64,000 nt of DNA, from the NCBI GenBank assembly GCA_965261345.1, contig OZ253449.1, forward strand, positions 640,001 through 704,000, given 5' to 3'. This DNA comes from Chloroflexota bacterium (GTDB lineage: Bacteria; Chloroflexota; UBA11872; VXNJ01). The notes beneath the pieces are model-generated. The model was given only the letters and a program-made list of their open reading frames with translations. It had not been told where the DNA came from and ran no database searches. Below are positions 44,585 to 54,355 of the stretch, piece after piece (the first letter of the stretch is position 1; every line of letters starts with the position of its first letter). The position numbers and the translations under genes are program-made.

Positions 44585-46791
44585 TTGGCCGTGGCCCTCT
44601 CCATTTCGCGGAAAACCTCGGTTACATTGCGGATCAGATGCAAACGATCAAGCAATCGGGTCAATTCACCAATGCTGCCCAGGGCCACCACAATGTGGAC
44701 CGTACAGCCACCATCGCCGCTGGTTTCCACGTCGGCCGACTCGATGTTGTGACCCTCCTCGGTAACGACCGCCGCGATGTCCCTGAGCAGGCCCTCGCGG
44801 TCCTCGGCAGCTATCAAAATGGTGGCCGGGAACGCGCGCGCCGGGTTCTGCTTCCAGCGCACGTCAACCAGGCGTCCCAGGTTGAGCGATTTGACGATGT
44901 TGGCGCAACCGGCGCGGTGGACCGTAACGCCTTTGCCACGAGTAACGTATCCCACGATTGCGTCCCCCGGCAGCGGTCCGCAACAGGCCGCCAGGCGGGT
45001 CAGGGCGCTGTCGATGTCGCCGACCGTCACCCCTCCCGACCGGCTTGCGGTCACGGACGGCTCGGGCACCACGTAAGCCGAGGTAGCAGTTTCCAGTCCC
45101 AACCGGTTAACGACCTGGGTTGCCGTTACCGCCCCGTAGCCAACACCCATCAGCAGCGCCGGGATGTCGACATAGGAGAGCCGGCGGGCTGCCTTCATCA
45201 GGATCGCCGGATCAATCGCCGACAGCGGCCCATGACCAATGCGGGTCAATTCGCGGTCAAGCAGACGCCGCCCGTGGTTTTCGTTTTCGGATCGTGTTTG
45301 GTGCTTGAACCATTGCCGGATCTTGTTTCGGGCCGAACCGGTGGCCACAATCGAAAGCCAGTCGCGCGAAGGGCCCTTCGAAGACTTGTTGGTCTGGATT
45401 TCGACCGCGTCGCCGGTCGAAAGCTCGTAGCGGAGCGGTACCAACCGGCCATTGACCTTCGCGCCGATGCAATGGTGACCGACCTCGGTATGAATTCGAT
45501 AAGCAAAGTCGAGTGGGGTTGAGCCGCGCGGCAGGTCGATTACGTCCCCCTGCGGCGTGAACACGAACAGCTGGTCGGAAAAGACGTCGGCTTTTAGGAT
45601 GTCGATCAGCGGTTCGGCCGACTCAAGGTCATCCTGCCATTCGAGCACCTGGCGGATCCAGGCCAGCTTTTCGTCAAAACTCTCGGCGTCGGGTTTGCCC
45701 TCCTTGTAGCGCCAGTGCGCGGCCACTCCGTATTCGGCCTCGCGATGCATCAGTTCGGTTCTGATCTGCACTTCAAAGCGCTGGCTGCCCGGCCCCAGCA
45801 CGGCGGTATGGAGCGATTGGTACCGGTTCGCCTTGGGGGCCGAGATGTAGTCGTCGAACTGCCCGGCGATCGCCCGCCAATTGGAGTGGACGACGGCCAG
45901 GGCGCGATAGCAGTCCTCGATCGTGCGCACGATCACCCGGACCGCAATCAGATCGTGGATCTGGTCGAATTCGACTCCCTTGCGCCGCATCTTGCGGTAG
46001 ATCGAATAGATGTGCTTGGCCCGCCCTGACAGGCTGGCTTCCAATCCGGATGCGGACAGATGCCCTCCGAGGTCTGCAACCACGTCGCTGGCCAGTGTTT
46101 CGCGCTGGTTGCGCCGCATTTCCAGCAGCCTGGCGATTTTGGAATACTCGTCCGGCTTGAACTGCCGAAATGCTTCATCCTCGAGTTGCCAGCGCCAAGT
46201 CCACATGCCCAGGCGCCCCGCCAGGGGCGCATAGAGCTCCAGAGTCTCCTCGCAGACATGGGCGATTTGGTCCGGGTTCAGAACCGAAACGGTGCGGATA
46301 TTGTGCAGGCGGTCGGCCAGCTTGACGATCACAACTCGAATGTCGCGAGCCATAGCCAGGAACATCTTGCGCATCGTGAGCGCGCGTTCACCCTCGATGT
46401 GGTCCAGGTCCAGGCGGGTCAGTTTGGTAACTCCGTCGACCAATTGGGCAACCTGGGGACCAAATTGAGCGCTTATCTGGGCGGAGCTAACACCGCAGTC
46501 CTCAAGCACGTCATGGAGCAAGCCGGCCGCAATGGTGTCCGGGTCCATTCGCAATTCGGCCAGGAGGTTGGCGACCGCCAGCGGGTGCGAGACATAGGGT
46601 TCCCCGGAGCGGCGCCTTTGGCCGTGATGCGAGCGCGCCGCAAATTCAAAGGCGCGCTCGATGATCGCCAGCTGCTCGGAGTGATCGCCGCCAAGGTAGT
46701 CGGCGACCGTAGCCAGCAGCTTGGCCGGCGAAATCGGCGGGTCGACACGTGCAACGGTAAGACCTTCGGGCGAACTGGTCGGGGTGGTCAT
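44581..46791 (-). CDS. relA: Bifunctional (p)ppGpp synthetase/hydrolase Rel
   Basis: H.GQ.RRSGEPY..HP, LLHDVLED, KLADRLHN, GRAKHIYSI, YQSLHT, TGS and ACT domains. Confidence 0.96.
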   Translation of the reverse strand: MTTPTSSPEGLTVARVDPPISPAKLLATVADYLGGDHSEQLAIIERAFEFAARSHHGQRRRSGEPYVSHPLAVANLLAELRMDPDTIAAGLLHDVLEDCGVSSAQISAQFGPQVAQLVDGVTKLTRLDLDHIEGERALTMRKMFLAMARDIRVVIVKLADRLHNIRTVSVLNPDQIAHVCEETLELYAPLAGRLGMWTWRWQLEDEAFRQFKPDEYSKIARLLEMRRNQRETLASDVVADLGGHLSASGLEASLSGRAKHIYSIYRKMRRKGVEFDQIHDLIAVRVIVRTIEDCYRALAVVHSNWRAIAGQFDDYISAPKANRYQSLHTAVLGPGSQRFEVQIRTELMHREAEYGVAAHWRYKEGKPDAESFDEKLAWIRQVLEWQDDLESAEPLIDILKADVFSDQLFVFTPQGDVIDLPRGSTPLDFAYRIHTEVGHHCIGAKVNGRLVPLRYELSTGDAVEIQTNKSSKGPSRDWLSIVATGSARNKIRQWFKHQTRSENENHGRRLLDRELTRIGHGPLSAIDPAILMKAARRLSYVDIPALLMGVGYGAVTATQVVNRLGLETATSAYVVPEPSVTASRSGGVTVGDIDSALTRLAACCGPLPGDAIVGYVTRGKGVTVHRAGCANIVKSLNLGRLVDVRWKQNPARAFPATILIAAEDREGLLRDIAAVVTEEGHNIESADVETSGDGGCTVHIVVALGSIGELTRLLDRLHLIRNVTEVFREMERATAK

Positions 46792-48443
46792 GCCAACCGC
46801 AGGTCCTCAACTATTACTGAAATACCAGAATAGCCAGCCCGCGGCCTTGCCAGTTCACCAACCAGGTCGACCCGCTTGCCCGGCTTTACCGTCGTCCGGT
46901 ATCGCCCGCCGCCAAACCAGATCACATCGACCTGCGCGGCGCCGGCCAGGGTGATCTTGAGATGGGAGCCGTTTGAAATCGCAACTACCCGGTCGACCTC
47001 CGCGTTGAGCAGCTTGCAACACGGGGCCGCAAATCCTCGACCGTAGGGTTCAAAGTTCTCGATTTCACACAGCGCCGGTTCTCCCAGCAGCAAATGGTCC
47101 AAACAGAGGTCGTAGTGGAGTTGCGGGAGCTGCCATGTACCCTGGTGCCGCTCCCAGTAGGCGGTTACCGATGCGGCCAATTTATCAACCAGCGAGGGTA
47201 GAACTGAAAAACCGCAGGCTTGGCGGTGGCCGCCCAGCTGCAACGGTGGCGGATCGGCTGCCCGCAGCGGGGCCATCGCATCCAGGCCATCGGGGGTTCG
47301 CCCGGAGCCACGCACTAGCTCGCCGGCTGGCGCACAGATGTAGACCGGCGTACCGCGCCGCGCGCACAGCCGCGTAGCCGCCGACGAAATTATTCCTGGA
47401 TGGGCGTTAGCGGCAAGGTAGAAAACCGGACCGCTGCCGCCGGTTCGTCGATCCAGTTCAGATTCCAACGCGGCCGAGAGGGATCGGCGACGGCGCCCGA
47501 GCGCCACAAGCTCGCCGGCGAGTTGTTTGGCAGCGGCACGGTCCACGGCAACGAGTAACTGGCATGCCAGGGCCGGATCGCCGATACGCCCGGCGCCGTT
47601 TATCAGGGGAGCTATCCGGAACGCGATATCGCGCGCGCGCAGCGGAAGAGAGATACGTGCTGCCGCCAGCAGTGCGGCCAGCCCGGGCCGCGGCCCGGCG
47701 GCGATACGCGCCAACCCGGCAACGACTATATGGCGGTTTTCGCCGACCAGTTCCATCGAATCCCCGACGGTGGCGATAGCGGCCAAATCGATCAGGTCGT
47801 TGGCCGATTGACCAGCGCGCCAGGCGAGTGCTTCGGCCAATTTGAAGGCGAGGCCGCCAGAGCAGAAATCGGCCGCCGCCTGGCCCGGTAGCGGATTGAT
47901 CGCCGCGCAGACATTGGCCCAGGGTTCGGAAACCACATGGTGATCGACTACGATCACGTCCATCCCCAGGCCGCGAGCGTGATCGATCTCGGCCTGAGCG
48001 TTGGTCCCAAGATCGAGCGCCAGCAGGATTGCCGCACCGGCCGCGGCGCAGGCATTGATGCCAACCCGGGACAGTCCGTACCCGTCGCGCAAACGATCCG
48101 GGAAATAGACCAGCGGATCGTTGCCGAGTCGCGATAACAGGATCTGCAGCAGGGCTCCAGCGCAGATCCCATCGCAATCAAAATCGGCATATATTGCAAT
48201 TTTTTGCCGGTGCTCAATGGCAGTTTGCAAGCGCTCGACCGCCGCGCCGATACCTGGAATACCCAGCGGGTTGGAGCTGGCTGGATCAAAGATTGCCGGT
48301 GGCGGCCGGCAGGCGGAAATCCCGCGCGCGGCCAGGATGGCCGGGCCGATTTGGTCGGACTCGTGCAAAACCTTGCCGGCGTTAGCGTGGGACGGACGCC
48401 ATTCGCGCCCGCTGAGCCCGTAGCTGGGGCCATCGCGGATCAG
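46788..48443 (-). CDS. recJ: Single-stranded-DNA exonuclease RecJ (DHH family); start may be CTG 48443 rather than TTG 48368
   Basis: YADFDCDG, LDLGT, VVDHH, ATVGDS, APLINGAGRI, GSGR, GGH..ACG, EPYG.G motifs. Confidence 0.85.
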   Translation of the reverse strand: MIRDGPSYGLSGREWRPSHANAGKVLHESDQIGPAILAARGISACRPPPAIFDPASSNPLGIPGIGAAVERLQTAIEHRQKIAIYADFDCDGICAGALLQILLSRLGNDPLVYFPDRLRDGYGLSRVGINACAAAGAAILLALDLGTNAQAEIDHARGLGMDVIVVDHHVVSEPWANVCAAINPLPGQAAADFCSGGLAFKLAEALAWRAGQSANDLIDLAAIATVGDSMELVGENRHIVVAGLARIAAGPRPGLAALLAAARISLPLRARDIAFRIAPLINGAGRIGDPALACQLLVAVDRAAAKQLAGELVALGRRRRSLSAALESELDRRTGGSGPVFYLAANAHPGIISSAATRLCARRGTPVYICAPAGELVRGSGRTPDGLDAMAPLRAADPPPLQLGGHRQACGFSVLPSLVDKLAASVTAYWERHQGTWQLPQLHYDLCLDHLLLGEPALCEIENFEPYGRGFAAPCCKLLNAEVDRVVAISNGSHLKITLAGAAQVDVIWFGGGRYRTTVKPGKRVDLVGELARPRAGYSGISVIVEDLRLA

Positions 48444-49636
48444 GAAAACAACTCCTGCAACAAATCGATCACGCGTTCGGCGACCTGCGATTTGGGTGCC
48501 GGTCCGACCTGATCCCAGATCCCGGCCGCAGTATAAATCGAAACTATGTTGCTGCCGACACCGAATCCGGCCTGATGATCGTCAAGGTCGTTGCCAACGA
48601 CCGCATCCAATTGCTTGGATTGGAGCTTGCGCAGGGCGCTTTCGGCCAAATCGCCGGTCGAGAGTGCAAATCCGATCCGCACCCTAGCCTTGCGGGCGCC
48701 AGCGAGGATGTCGGGGGTTGGGACTAGGGACAGTGCAAGCCCGTCGCGGCGGGGCAGCTTGCGGTCGCTTGGCGCGGTCGGCTGAAAGTCGCCCACGGCA
48801 GCCGCCATGATCAATGCGTCAGAACCGGGGGTCACGGCCTCAATCGCGGCGGCCATTTCGGCCGCATCGACGACCGCGATCGTCTTGAGGCCGGCCGGCG
48901 CGCGGACGGCAAGATTTGCCGCCACCAGGGTTACATTGGCCCCGCGATCGCGGGCCGCCTCGGCAATCGCCACCCCTTGCGCGCCGGTCGAAGGATTGCC
49001 CAAGAAACGGACGGGGTCAATAAATTCGCGCGTGCCCCCGGCGCTGACCACCACATTCCGACCGGCCAGGGGACCGCTCGCACCCAGCGCCGCCCGGAGC
49101 CGATCGACCAACCGCTGGGGATCGGGCATACGGCCCACGCCGGTTCGGCCCGAGGCGTGGCGACCCCACTCGGGTTCGATGACCATCCACCCGGCTTTCC
49201 GCAATTTCATCAGATTCGCCTGCTGGGCGGGGTTGGTGAGCATGTTGGCTTCCATCGCCGGGGCCAGCAGCCGGGGGCCCTTAACCGAAAGCAGGGCGGC
49301 GGTGAGCACGTTGGCGGCCCCACCGGCAGCCAGCTGGGCGATCGTGTTGGCAGTGGCCGGGGCGACCAAGGCGGCCTCGGCCGCCAGGCCCAATTCAACA
49401 TGGGCGATCGCCCCGCTGGGGCTCATCGCGGCAACATCGTCGTAGGCCGGGCGCCCGGTTAGGCCAGCGAATGTGGGCAGACCCACGAACCGCCGCGCGG
49501 CCGGGGTAGTAACTACGTCCACCAGGGCGCCACCCTGGGTAAGCAGACTGGCGGTTTGGGCGGCCTTGAAGGCAGCGATCGATCCGCTGACGCCAAGTAG
49601 GATGCGGCGGCCGGTAAGAACTCGGACCGGGTTCAT
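48440..49636 (-). CDS. coaBC: Bifunctional phosphopantothenoylcysteine decarboxylase/synthase
   Basis: GVSGSIAAFK, APATAN, APAME..M, SAGGTREFIDPVRF.GN.STG.QG, MAAAVGDF; ATG 49636. Confidence 0.93.
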   Translation of the reverse strand: MNPVRVLTGRRILLGVSGSIAAFKAAQTASLLTQGGALVDVVTTPAARRFVGLPTFAGLTGRPAYDDVAAMSPSGAIAHVELGLAAEAALVAPATANTIAQLAAGGAANVLTAALLSVKGPRLLAPAMEANMLTNPAQQANLMKLRKAGWMVIEPEWGRHASGRTGVGRMPDPQRLVDRLRAALGASGPLAGRNVVVSAGGTREFIDPVRFLGNPSTGAQGVAIAEAARDRGANVTLVAANLAVRAPAGLKTIAVVDAAEMAAAIEAVTPGSDALIMAAAVGDFQPTAPSDRKLPRRDGLALSLVPTPDILAGARKARVRIGFALSTGDLAESALRKLQSKQLDAVVGNDLDDHQAGFGVGSNIVSIYTAAGIWDQVGPAPKSQVAERVIDLLQELFS

Positions 49637-50430
49637 AACCCCAACCGTTCGGCCACCAAGGCAATCCCGCGCAGAGTCAACTCGGGGTCCACCACATCGA
49701 GCTCGGCAATGTCGCCGGTCAGTGCCGCGCCGTATCCGCCGGTGGCTACCACCGTCTCGACCGGACCGACCTCGCCGCGCAGCCGGATAATCAGTTCCCG
49801 GATCATCCCCACAAATCCCCAGTACGATCCGGACCGCATGCAACTGGCGGTATCTAGGCCGAGCACCCGCGCGGGCTTTGCAAAATCCACCGCAGGCAGA
49901 AGCTCGGCGGCCGTTGAAAGAGCGGCCAAGCTGGCATCGGGGCCAGGGGCGATTAAACCGCCGCCGTAATCGCCCTCGGCGGTAACGAAGTCGACGCTGG
50001 TGGCGGTTCCGATGTCGACCACGATTGCCGGGGCGCCGTGCAATTCAGCGCAGGCCAGGCAATTTAGCACGCGATCGATGCCCACCTTCTCCGGCTCTCT
50101 CACGCGGGCCCGAACGCCCGGAAGTAAAGGCGTTTCCAGAACCGTAACCGACGCACAAAAACGCGCAAGCGCGTGGACCAGCGGATCCTTCTGCGACGGG
50201 GCCACCGATCCGACGAGGCAATGATTGAAATTTCTGGCAAAACCGGATAGTTGGTCAAGCTGACGTCTCCAGCCGGCCGAATCGCGCCCCCGACCGCCTC
50301 CTATGCGCCAGCGACGCCGGACATCGCGTCCGGCCACTGCCGCCAGGCTCACTGAGGAGTTGCCCAGATCGACCGCCAGCAGCCGCTCGGCACCGGATTC
50401 CCCGGCCAGCGCGTCTAGTCCGCCCGACAT
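49633..50430 (-). CDS. coaX: Type III pantothenate kinase
   Basis: LAVDLGNS, GSVAP, VGIDR, VVDIGTAT, GGLIAPG, VATGG. Confidence 0.93.
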   Translation of the reverse strand: MSGGLDALAGESGAERLLAVDLGNSSVSLAAVAGRDVRRRWRIGGGRGRDSAGWRRQLDQLSGFARNFNHCLVGSVAPSQKDPLVHALARFCASVTVLETPLLPGVRARVREPEKVGIDRVLNCLACAELHGAPAIVVDIGTATSVDFVTAEGDYGGGLIAPGPDASLAALSTAAELLPAVDFAKPARVLGLDTASCMRSGSYWGFVGMIRELIIRLRGEVGPVETVVATGGYGAALTGDIAELDVVDPELTLRGIALVAERLGL

Positions 50431-50481
50431 GTACGAGGTTCGAATCGGGGAGTCAATCGCCTAATCAGGCCGTGCCCGGAA

Positions 50482-50634
50482 ACCCTCAGCCTGCGGTCGG
50501 TTCCCGCTGCGTTGCGGAGGACGCGGTTCCACCAATCCCGCCCGCCGGAGAACCGGTAGCAGGCGGCGTCGTGGGTAGTACACGGTAAATCGCACCCTCA
50601 ACCCCTCGGCTGCCCTCCGAACCAGCTAAGGACT
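50482..50634 (-). ncRNA. Rod-like structured ncRNA, probable 6S RNA
   Basis: 5' and 3' ends pair (GUCCUUAGCU/GGCUGAGGGU). Inner stems GAGGGUGCG/CGCGUCCUC and CCGCCUG/CGGGCGG are separated by bubbles. G-U pairs favour the minus strand, and a TACACT -10 box lies just upstream. Confidence 0.5.
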
Positions 50635-51125
50635 ATTGCGAAGTGTAGGCCGCCTGCGGAACGGCAAGATGACAAGTCCATCCAAACCGCCTCGGGGCGC
50701 CCCGAGGCGGACCACTCCGGCCAGGACTTGCAAAATGCCCAACGGGGCATCCGGCCGCGCCGAACCGCCTGGACAGACAACGCTGGCCAATCGCCGTTCA
50801 TAAGGGAATCGCCGCAGGTCCGCTGGCCAAACCCGGCTCCGGTTGCATAGCAAAGGCGGGCCGTTTCCGCGCAATGGCACCGCCTTCGCTCGCCAATCTA
50901 AACTGCGATGAAGGTGCGGATTTGGGATATGGTGGGCGCGGCGGAGTCCAAGGCCAGCCCGCGTCGGATCGACCGGTTCGACCATTCCCTAACGACCACC
51001 GCTGCCATCACCCTCCGGGCGCCGTTTAACGCTCGCGTTGGACCGGCGTCGTTTTGCCGGTTTAAGGCGGTCTTGCCGCGGGGCGGGATTGGCCGCCAAC
51101 AGAAAGAGACCGACAGGAGAACAGC

Positions 51126-51943
51126 ATGACCATCGCTAACGTCAACAGCATTGACCTCTACTGCGAGGAATGCGGATCGGGCCCACCGATCATCTTTCAG
51201 CACGGTTACACCAGCTCGCACGAAGTGTGGGGCGGGGTGATCGAAAAGATGTGCGCCCGCAATCGGTGCGTTGCAATGGACGCGCGCGGCGCGGGCGATT
51301 CGGCCCACCCCGAGAACGGTTACAGCATCGAACAGATGGCCGCCGACATCGTTGGCGTTGCCGATGCACTAGACATTGATAAGTTCCACTACGTCGGGCA
51401 CAGCATGGGCGGAGTGATCGGGTACGAGCTCGGGCTCTCCCACGCCGACCGCATCTCGATGCCTCGCCCTGGCCGGCGCCGGCCGACGGCGTCGCGGCGC
51501 CGCGGTCGGTCCACGACACTATGCGCGAACGTTGGGCGAACAAGGAGCGGGACCTGATCATCCAAACGACGCTCGCCGCACTGCCGCGCAAGGGCGCCCA
51601 TGAAGGAGTGCCGGGCCAGGTTGACCGACAACTGTCAGTTTCGGCCGGTCACTTCGACGACTGCTGGAACGCCATGGTCGAATACCGAAGAGGTGATCGG
51701 CTGGGCGAAATTAAGTCTCCCACCCTGGTTCTGTCGGGCGCAGCCGACGGTTTGCTGGAAGCCAACTTGAAGGACTTCGCGCGGCTCGGAAATGCAACTC
51801 TGCACGTATTTAGCCGCGTCGGACACGGAATCCCGCGCGAGGTGCCGCGGGCTTTTGCGCGAGTTTTGGCCGATTTCCACGAGCACGGGGTTGTCAACGT
51901 GCGTACGGTGCAGGCGGCGGTTGCCGCGGCTGCTGCTGCGTAG
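51126..51943 (+). pseudogene. Alpha/beta hydrolase with a frameshift near 51455-51470
   Basis: AGGAG SD, QHGY, D.RG.GDS, GHSMGG nucleophile in the first frame; APADG..., G..DG, SRVGHGIP in a second frame. Confidence 0.75.
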
Positions 51944-52261
51944 ATTGCCTAGGGTCGATCGCGGCAAGGGCGAAGGAGAACCCCGATGATCGGGACGCCA
52001 CCCGTTGGCGCGGGTTGGCGGGCCAAGCGGTTCGTGGACGTTGTTCGGTCGGGTGCATTCGCCGGCCGCTGAGCAATTACTCGGCATTTGTAGTCGATCC
52101 CGGCTTTGAGCTGTTCTGACCAAGCTAGGTTCGCCTGACCATGGCGGTACGGCTCGTTGAAATTCCGCCGACACTGCACTGAACCGGAGGATTTGCGCGG
52201 ACGATTGGTTAAATTCAACCGCGTGCGAGGGCAAACGAAAATTACGATCAGTCGACGCCCC

Positions 52262-52345
52262 GCCGGGGTGGCGGAACGGCAGACGCAGCGGACTTAAAAT
52301 CCGCTGGGCCCTTGGCCCGTGCGGGTTCGAATCCCGCCCCCGGTA
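52262..52345 (+). tRNA. tRNA-Leu(TAA)
   Basis: GCCGGGGTGGCGGAACGGCAGACGCAGCGGACTTAAAATCCGCT...GCGGGTTCGAATCCCGCCCCCGGTA; long variable arm; CCA not encoded. Confidence 0.96.
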
Positions 52346-52353
52346 CCTGGCCG

Positions 52354-53139
52354 TTAAGCGGCCGCTTCCAAATGCGTCCGCTGCCCGGCGGTCAGTTGCC
52401 AGCCAACCGATCGGGACAGTTCGGCCACCCGTTCGATGCGGTCGGTCTTGGGGATCACCGCCACGCCTCCGGTGCCGATCGCCCAGTTGAGCAGCACCTG
52501 GGCCGGGGTTCGGCCAACCTCGCCGGCTACCGCGGCCACCGTTTCGGCCGCCGAGCCAAGTTTGAAGCGCGCCAGCGGGCTGTAGGCGATCACCAAGACC
52601 CCATGATCGCGACACCAGGGGATCACGTCTTCTTCCGCTTTGCGTTGCAGCAGGTTGTACGCGATTTGATTGGAGGCCAGAGGAATGTCACCAAGGGCCG
52701 CTTGCGCATCCCGCATTTGCGTGACCGAAAAGTTGCTGACCCCGACGTTGCGGATCAATCCCTGTTCGATCAGGTGCCGCATCGCGCGCATTGTTTCGGT
52801 AATCGGGATCGCCGGGTTGGGCCAGTGGACCTGGTAGAGATCAACGCTCTCGACCGCCAAGCGCTCCAGCGAACCGAGGCAGTGGCGGATTAGGTCGCCC
52901 ATGGCCAAATTTTCCGCCGAGACCTTGGTGGCCAAGAAAACCCGGTCGCGAACCGGGGCAATCTCGGTGCCAACCAATTCCTCGTTTCCATACATTTCGG
53001 CCGTATCGACAAAGCCGCATCCCAATTCGGATGCCTTCACCAGCACGCCATGTCCGCCGTGGTAGAGCCAGGTGCCAAATCCGATCACCGGAACCGAGTC
53101 GAAGCCGCCGGCCAGGGTGATGCGTGGCATATCTGTCAT
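52354..53139 (-). CDS. Aldo/keto reductase
   Basis: IGFGTW, VDTAEMYGNE, LATKV, DLYQVHWP, VGVSNF, AYSPL, VIPK. Confidence 0.93.
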   Translation of the reverse strand: MTDMPRITLAGGFDSVPVIGFGTWLYHGGHGVLVKASELGCGFVDTAEMYGNEELVGTEIAPVRDRVFLATKVSAENLAMGDLIRHCLGSLERLAVESVDLYQVHWPNPAIPITETMRAMRHLIEQGLIRNVGVSNFSVTQMRDAQAALGDIPLASNQIAYNLLQRKAEEDVIPWCRDHGVLVIAYSPLARFKLGSAAETVAAVAGEVGRTPAQVLLNWAIGTGGVAVIPKTDRIERVAELSRSVGWQLTAGQRTHLEAAA

Positions 53140-53194
53140 CGTCGAGCGATCCTCTTTTTCAATTGTTGACCGCGGCCGCCTTCAAGGGTGAGGT

Positions 53195-54166
53195 TTAAGG
53201 GACGGTCGAAAGGAAATTGGCGATCACCCGGGCCAGGGCCCGAGGGCGTTCGAGCTGGACTAAGTGGCCGCAATCGGAATACTCCACCCGCGTGCACGCG
53301 GGCAGGCGCTCAAGCAAGCGCCGGGTAGCGGCCGTGTCGCAGGCCGCGTCCTTTTCGCCCAGCACCGCCAGAACCGGAGTCGCAATCTCGGGCAACAGCG
53401 GCTCGACGCCGGAAGGGTTAAGGTGTTCGATCATTTCAAAGCAGGCATTTGCATACCTTGGCGACCCGAACGGAAGAAACTGCTCGTCGATTACCTCCTC
53501 GGTTACAAGACGGTCCTCGGCCGTTCCCAGGCGATTGGCCAACGCCACCGCCTGGCGGGTGGCCATTAGGCGCCCGCCCAGGTTGGCGATGGGGCGAAGG
53601 CGGGCCAGTGCCATCAGCAGGGCGGTTGCCCGGGTCGGGGCTAGAAACGGCGACACCAGTATGAGCGCCTTGACCTTTTCGGCGGCAAGTATTGCGGCGG
53701 TGAGCGCGACCGGCGCCGAGGCCGAACTGGTAAGAAGCACCGCACGGTCGATTGCCAACCGACTCATGACGCCCAGCACCCGCCGGGCCTGGGCAGTGGC
53801 CCGGTAGTCGGCTCCCGCCGGTTTGTCGGCCAGGCCATAGCCGGGTGGGTCCACCAGCAGCCATCGATAATCTGGCTCGAATTCGGCCGCCAGCGGCCGC
53901 CAGGAGTTGGCCGACCCGGCAAAACCCGGCAATGCCAGCAATGGTGGTCCATGGCCGATCGATTCAACGACCGCCCTTCCCGATCCAGAATCGACGAACG
54001 ACTCCGGGGCTAGGCGTTGGTCCGGCTCGATCGCAATCGGGCGGAGGCCCCAGCGTTCAAGCGGATTGCGCGAGCGCGAGCGCAAGGATGCCAAACCCAA
54101 TCGCGGCGCAAAACGGGTGGGCGGAGTCGAGATCGTGGCCATCGTTCTCCCTTCAATGCCAGACAT
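53195..54166 (-). CDS. Alpha/beta fold hydrolase with an atypical nucleophile elbow
   Basis: GHGPPLLALPGF, VDPPGYG.ADKP, LTSSASA, GEKD, CGHLVQLERP. Confidence 0.8.
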   Translation of the reverse strand: MSGIEGRTMATISTPPTRFAPRLGLASLRSRSRNPLERWGLRPIAIEPDQRLAPESFVDSGSGRAVVESIGHGPPLLALPGFAGSANSWRPLAAEFEPDYRWLLVDPPGYGLADKPAGADYRATAQARRVLGVMSRLAIDRAVLLTSSASAPVALTAAILAAEKVKALILVSPFLAPTRATALLMALARLRPIANLGGRLMATRQAVALANRLGTAEDRLVTEEVIDEQFLPFGSPRYANACFEMIEHLNPSGVEPLLPEIATPVLAVLGEKDAACDTAATRRLLERLPACTRVEYSDCGHLVQLERPRALARVIANFLSTVP

Positions 54167-54228
54167 TGATCATTTCAAAATTTAATACAAGCCGCCGCAG
54201 GATGATCCAAATTTTCCGGCGATCGAAA

Positions 54229-54344
54229 TTCCCAATGCGCCGCCAGCGACTAGAATTCCGAGGCTCCGGCAACTGGCCGTGGGTCGCCGAATGCCTTTCT
54301 GTCGCCGGTCTCAGATTCGACACGTCGACAAACCCGCAGGAAGG
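54229..54344 (+). promoter_or_regulatory. rpsF operon promoter and putative S6:S18 autoregulatory leader
   Basis: TTCCCA-N16-TAGAAT (54229-54256); CCTTTCTG (54295-54302) can pair with the SD-containing CAGGAAGG (54337-54344). Confidence 0.4.
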
Positions 54345-54355
54345 AACCACCTGCC

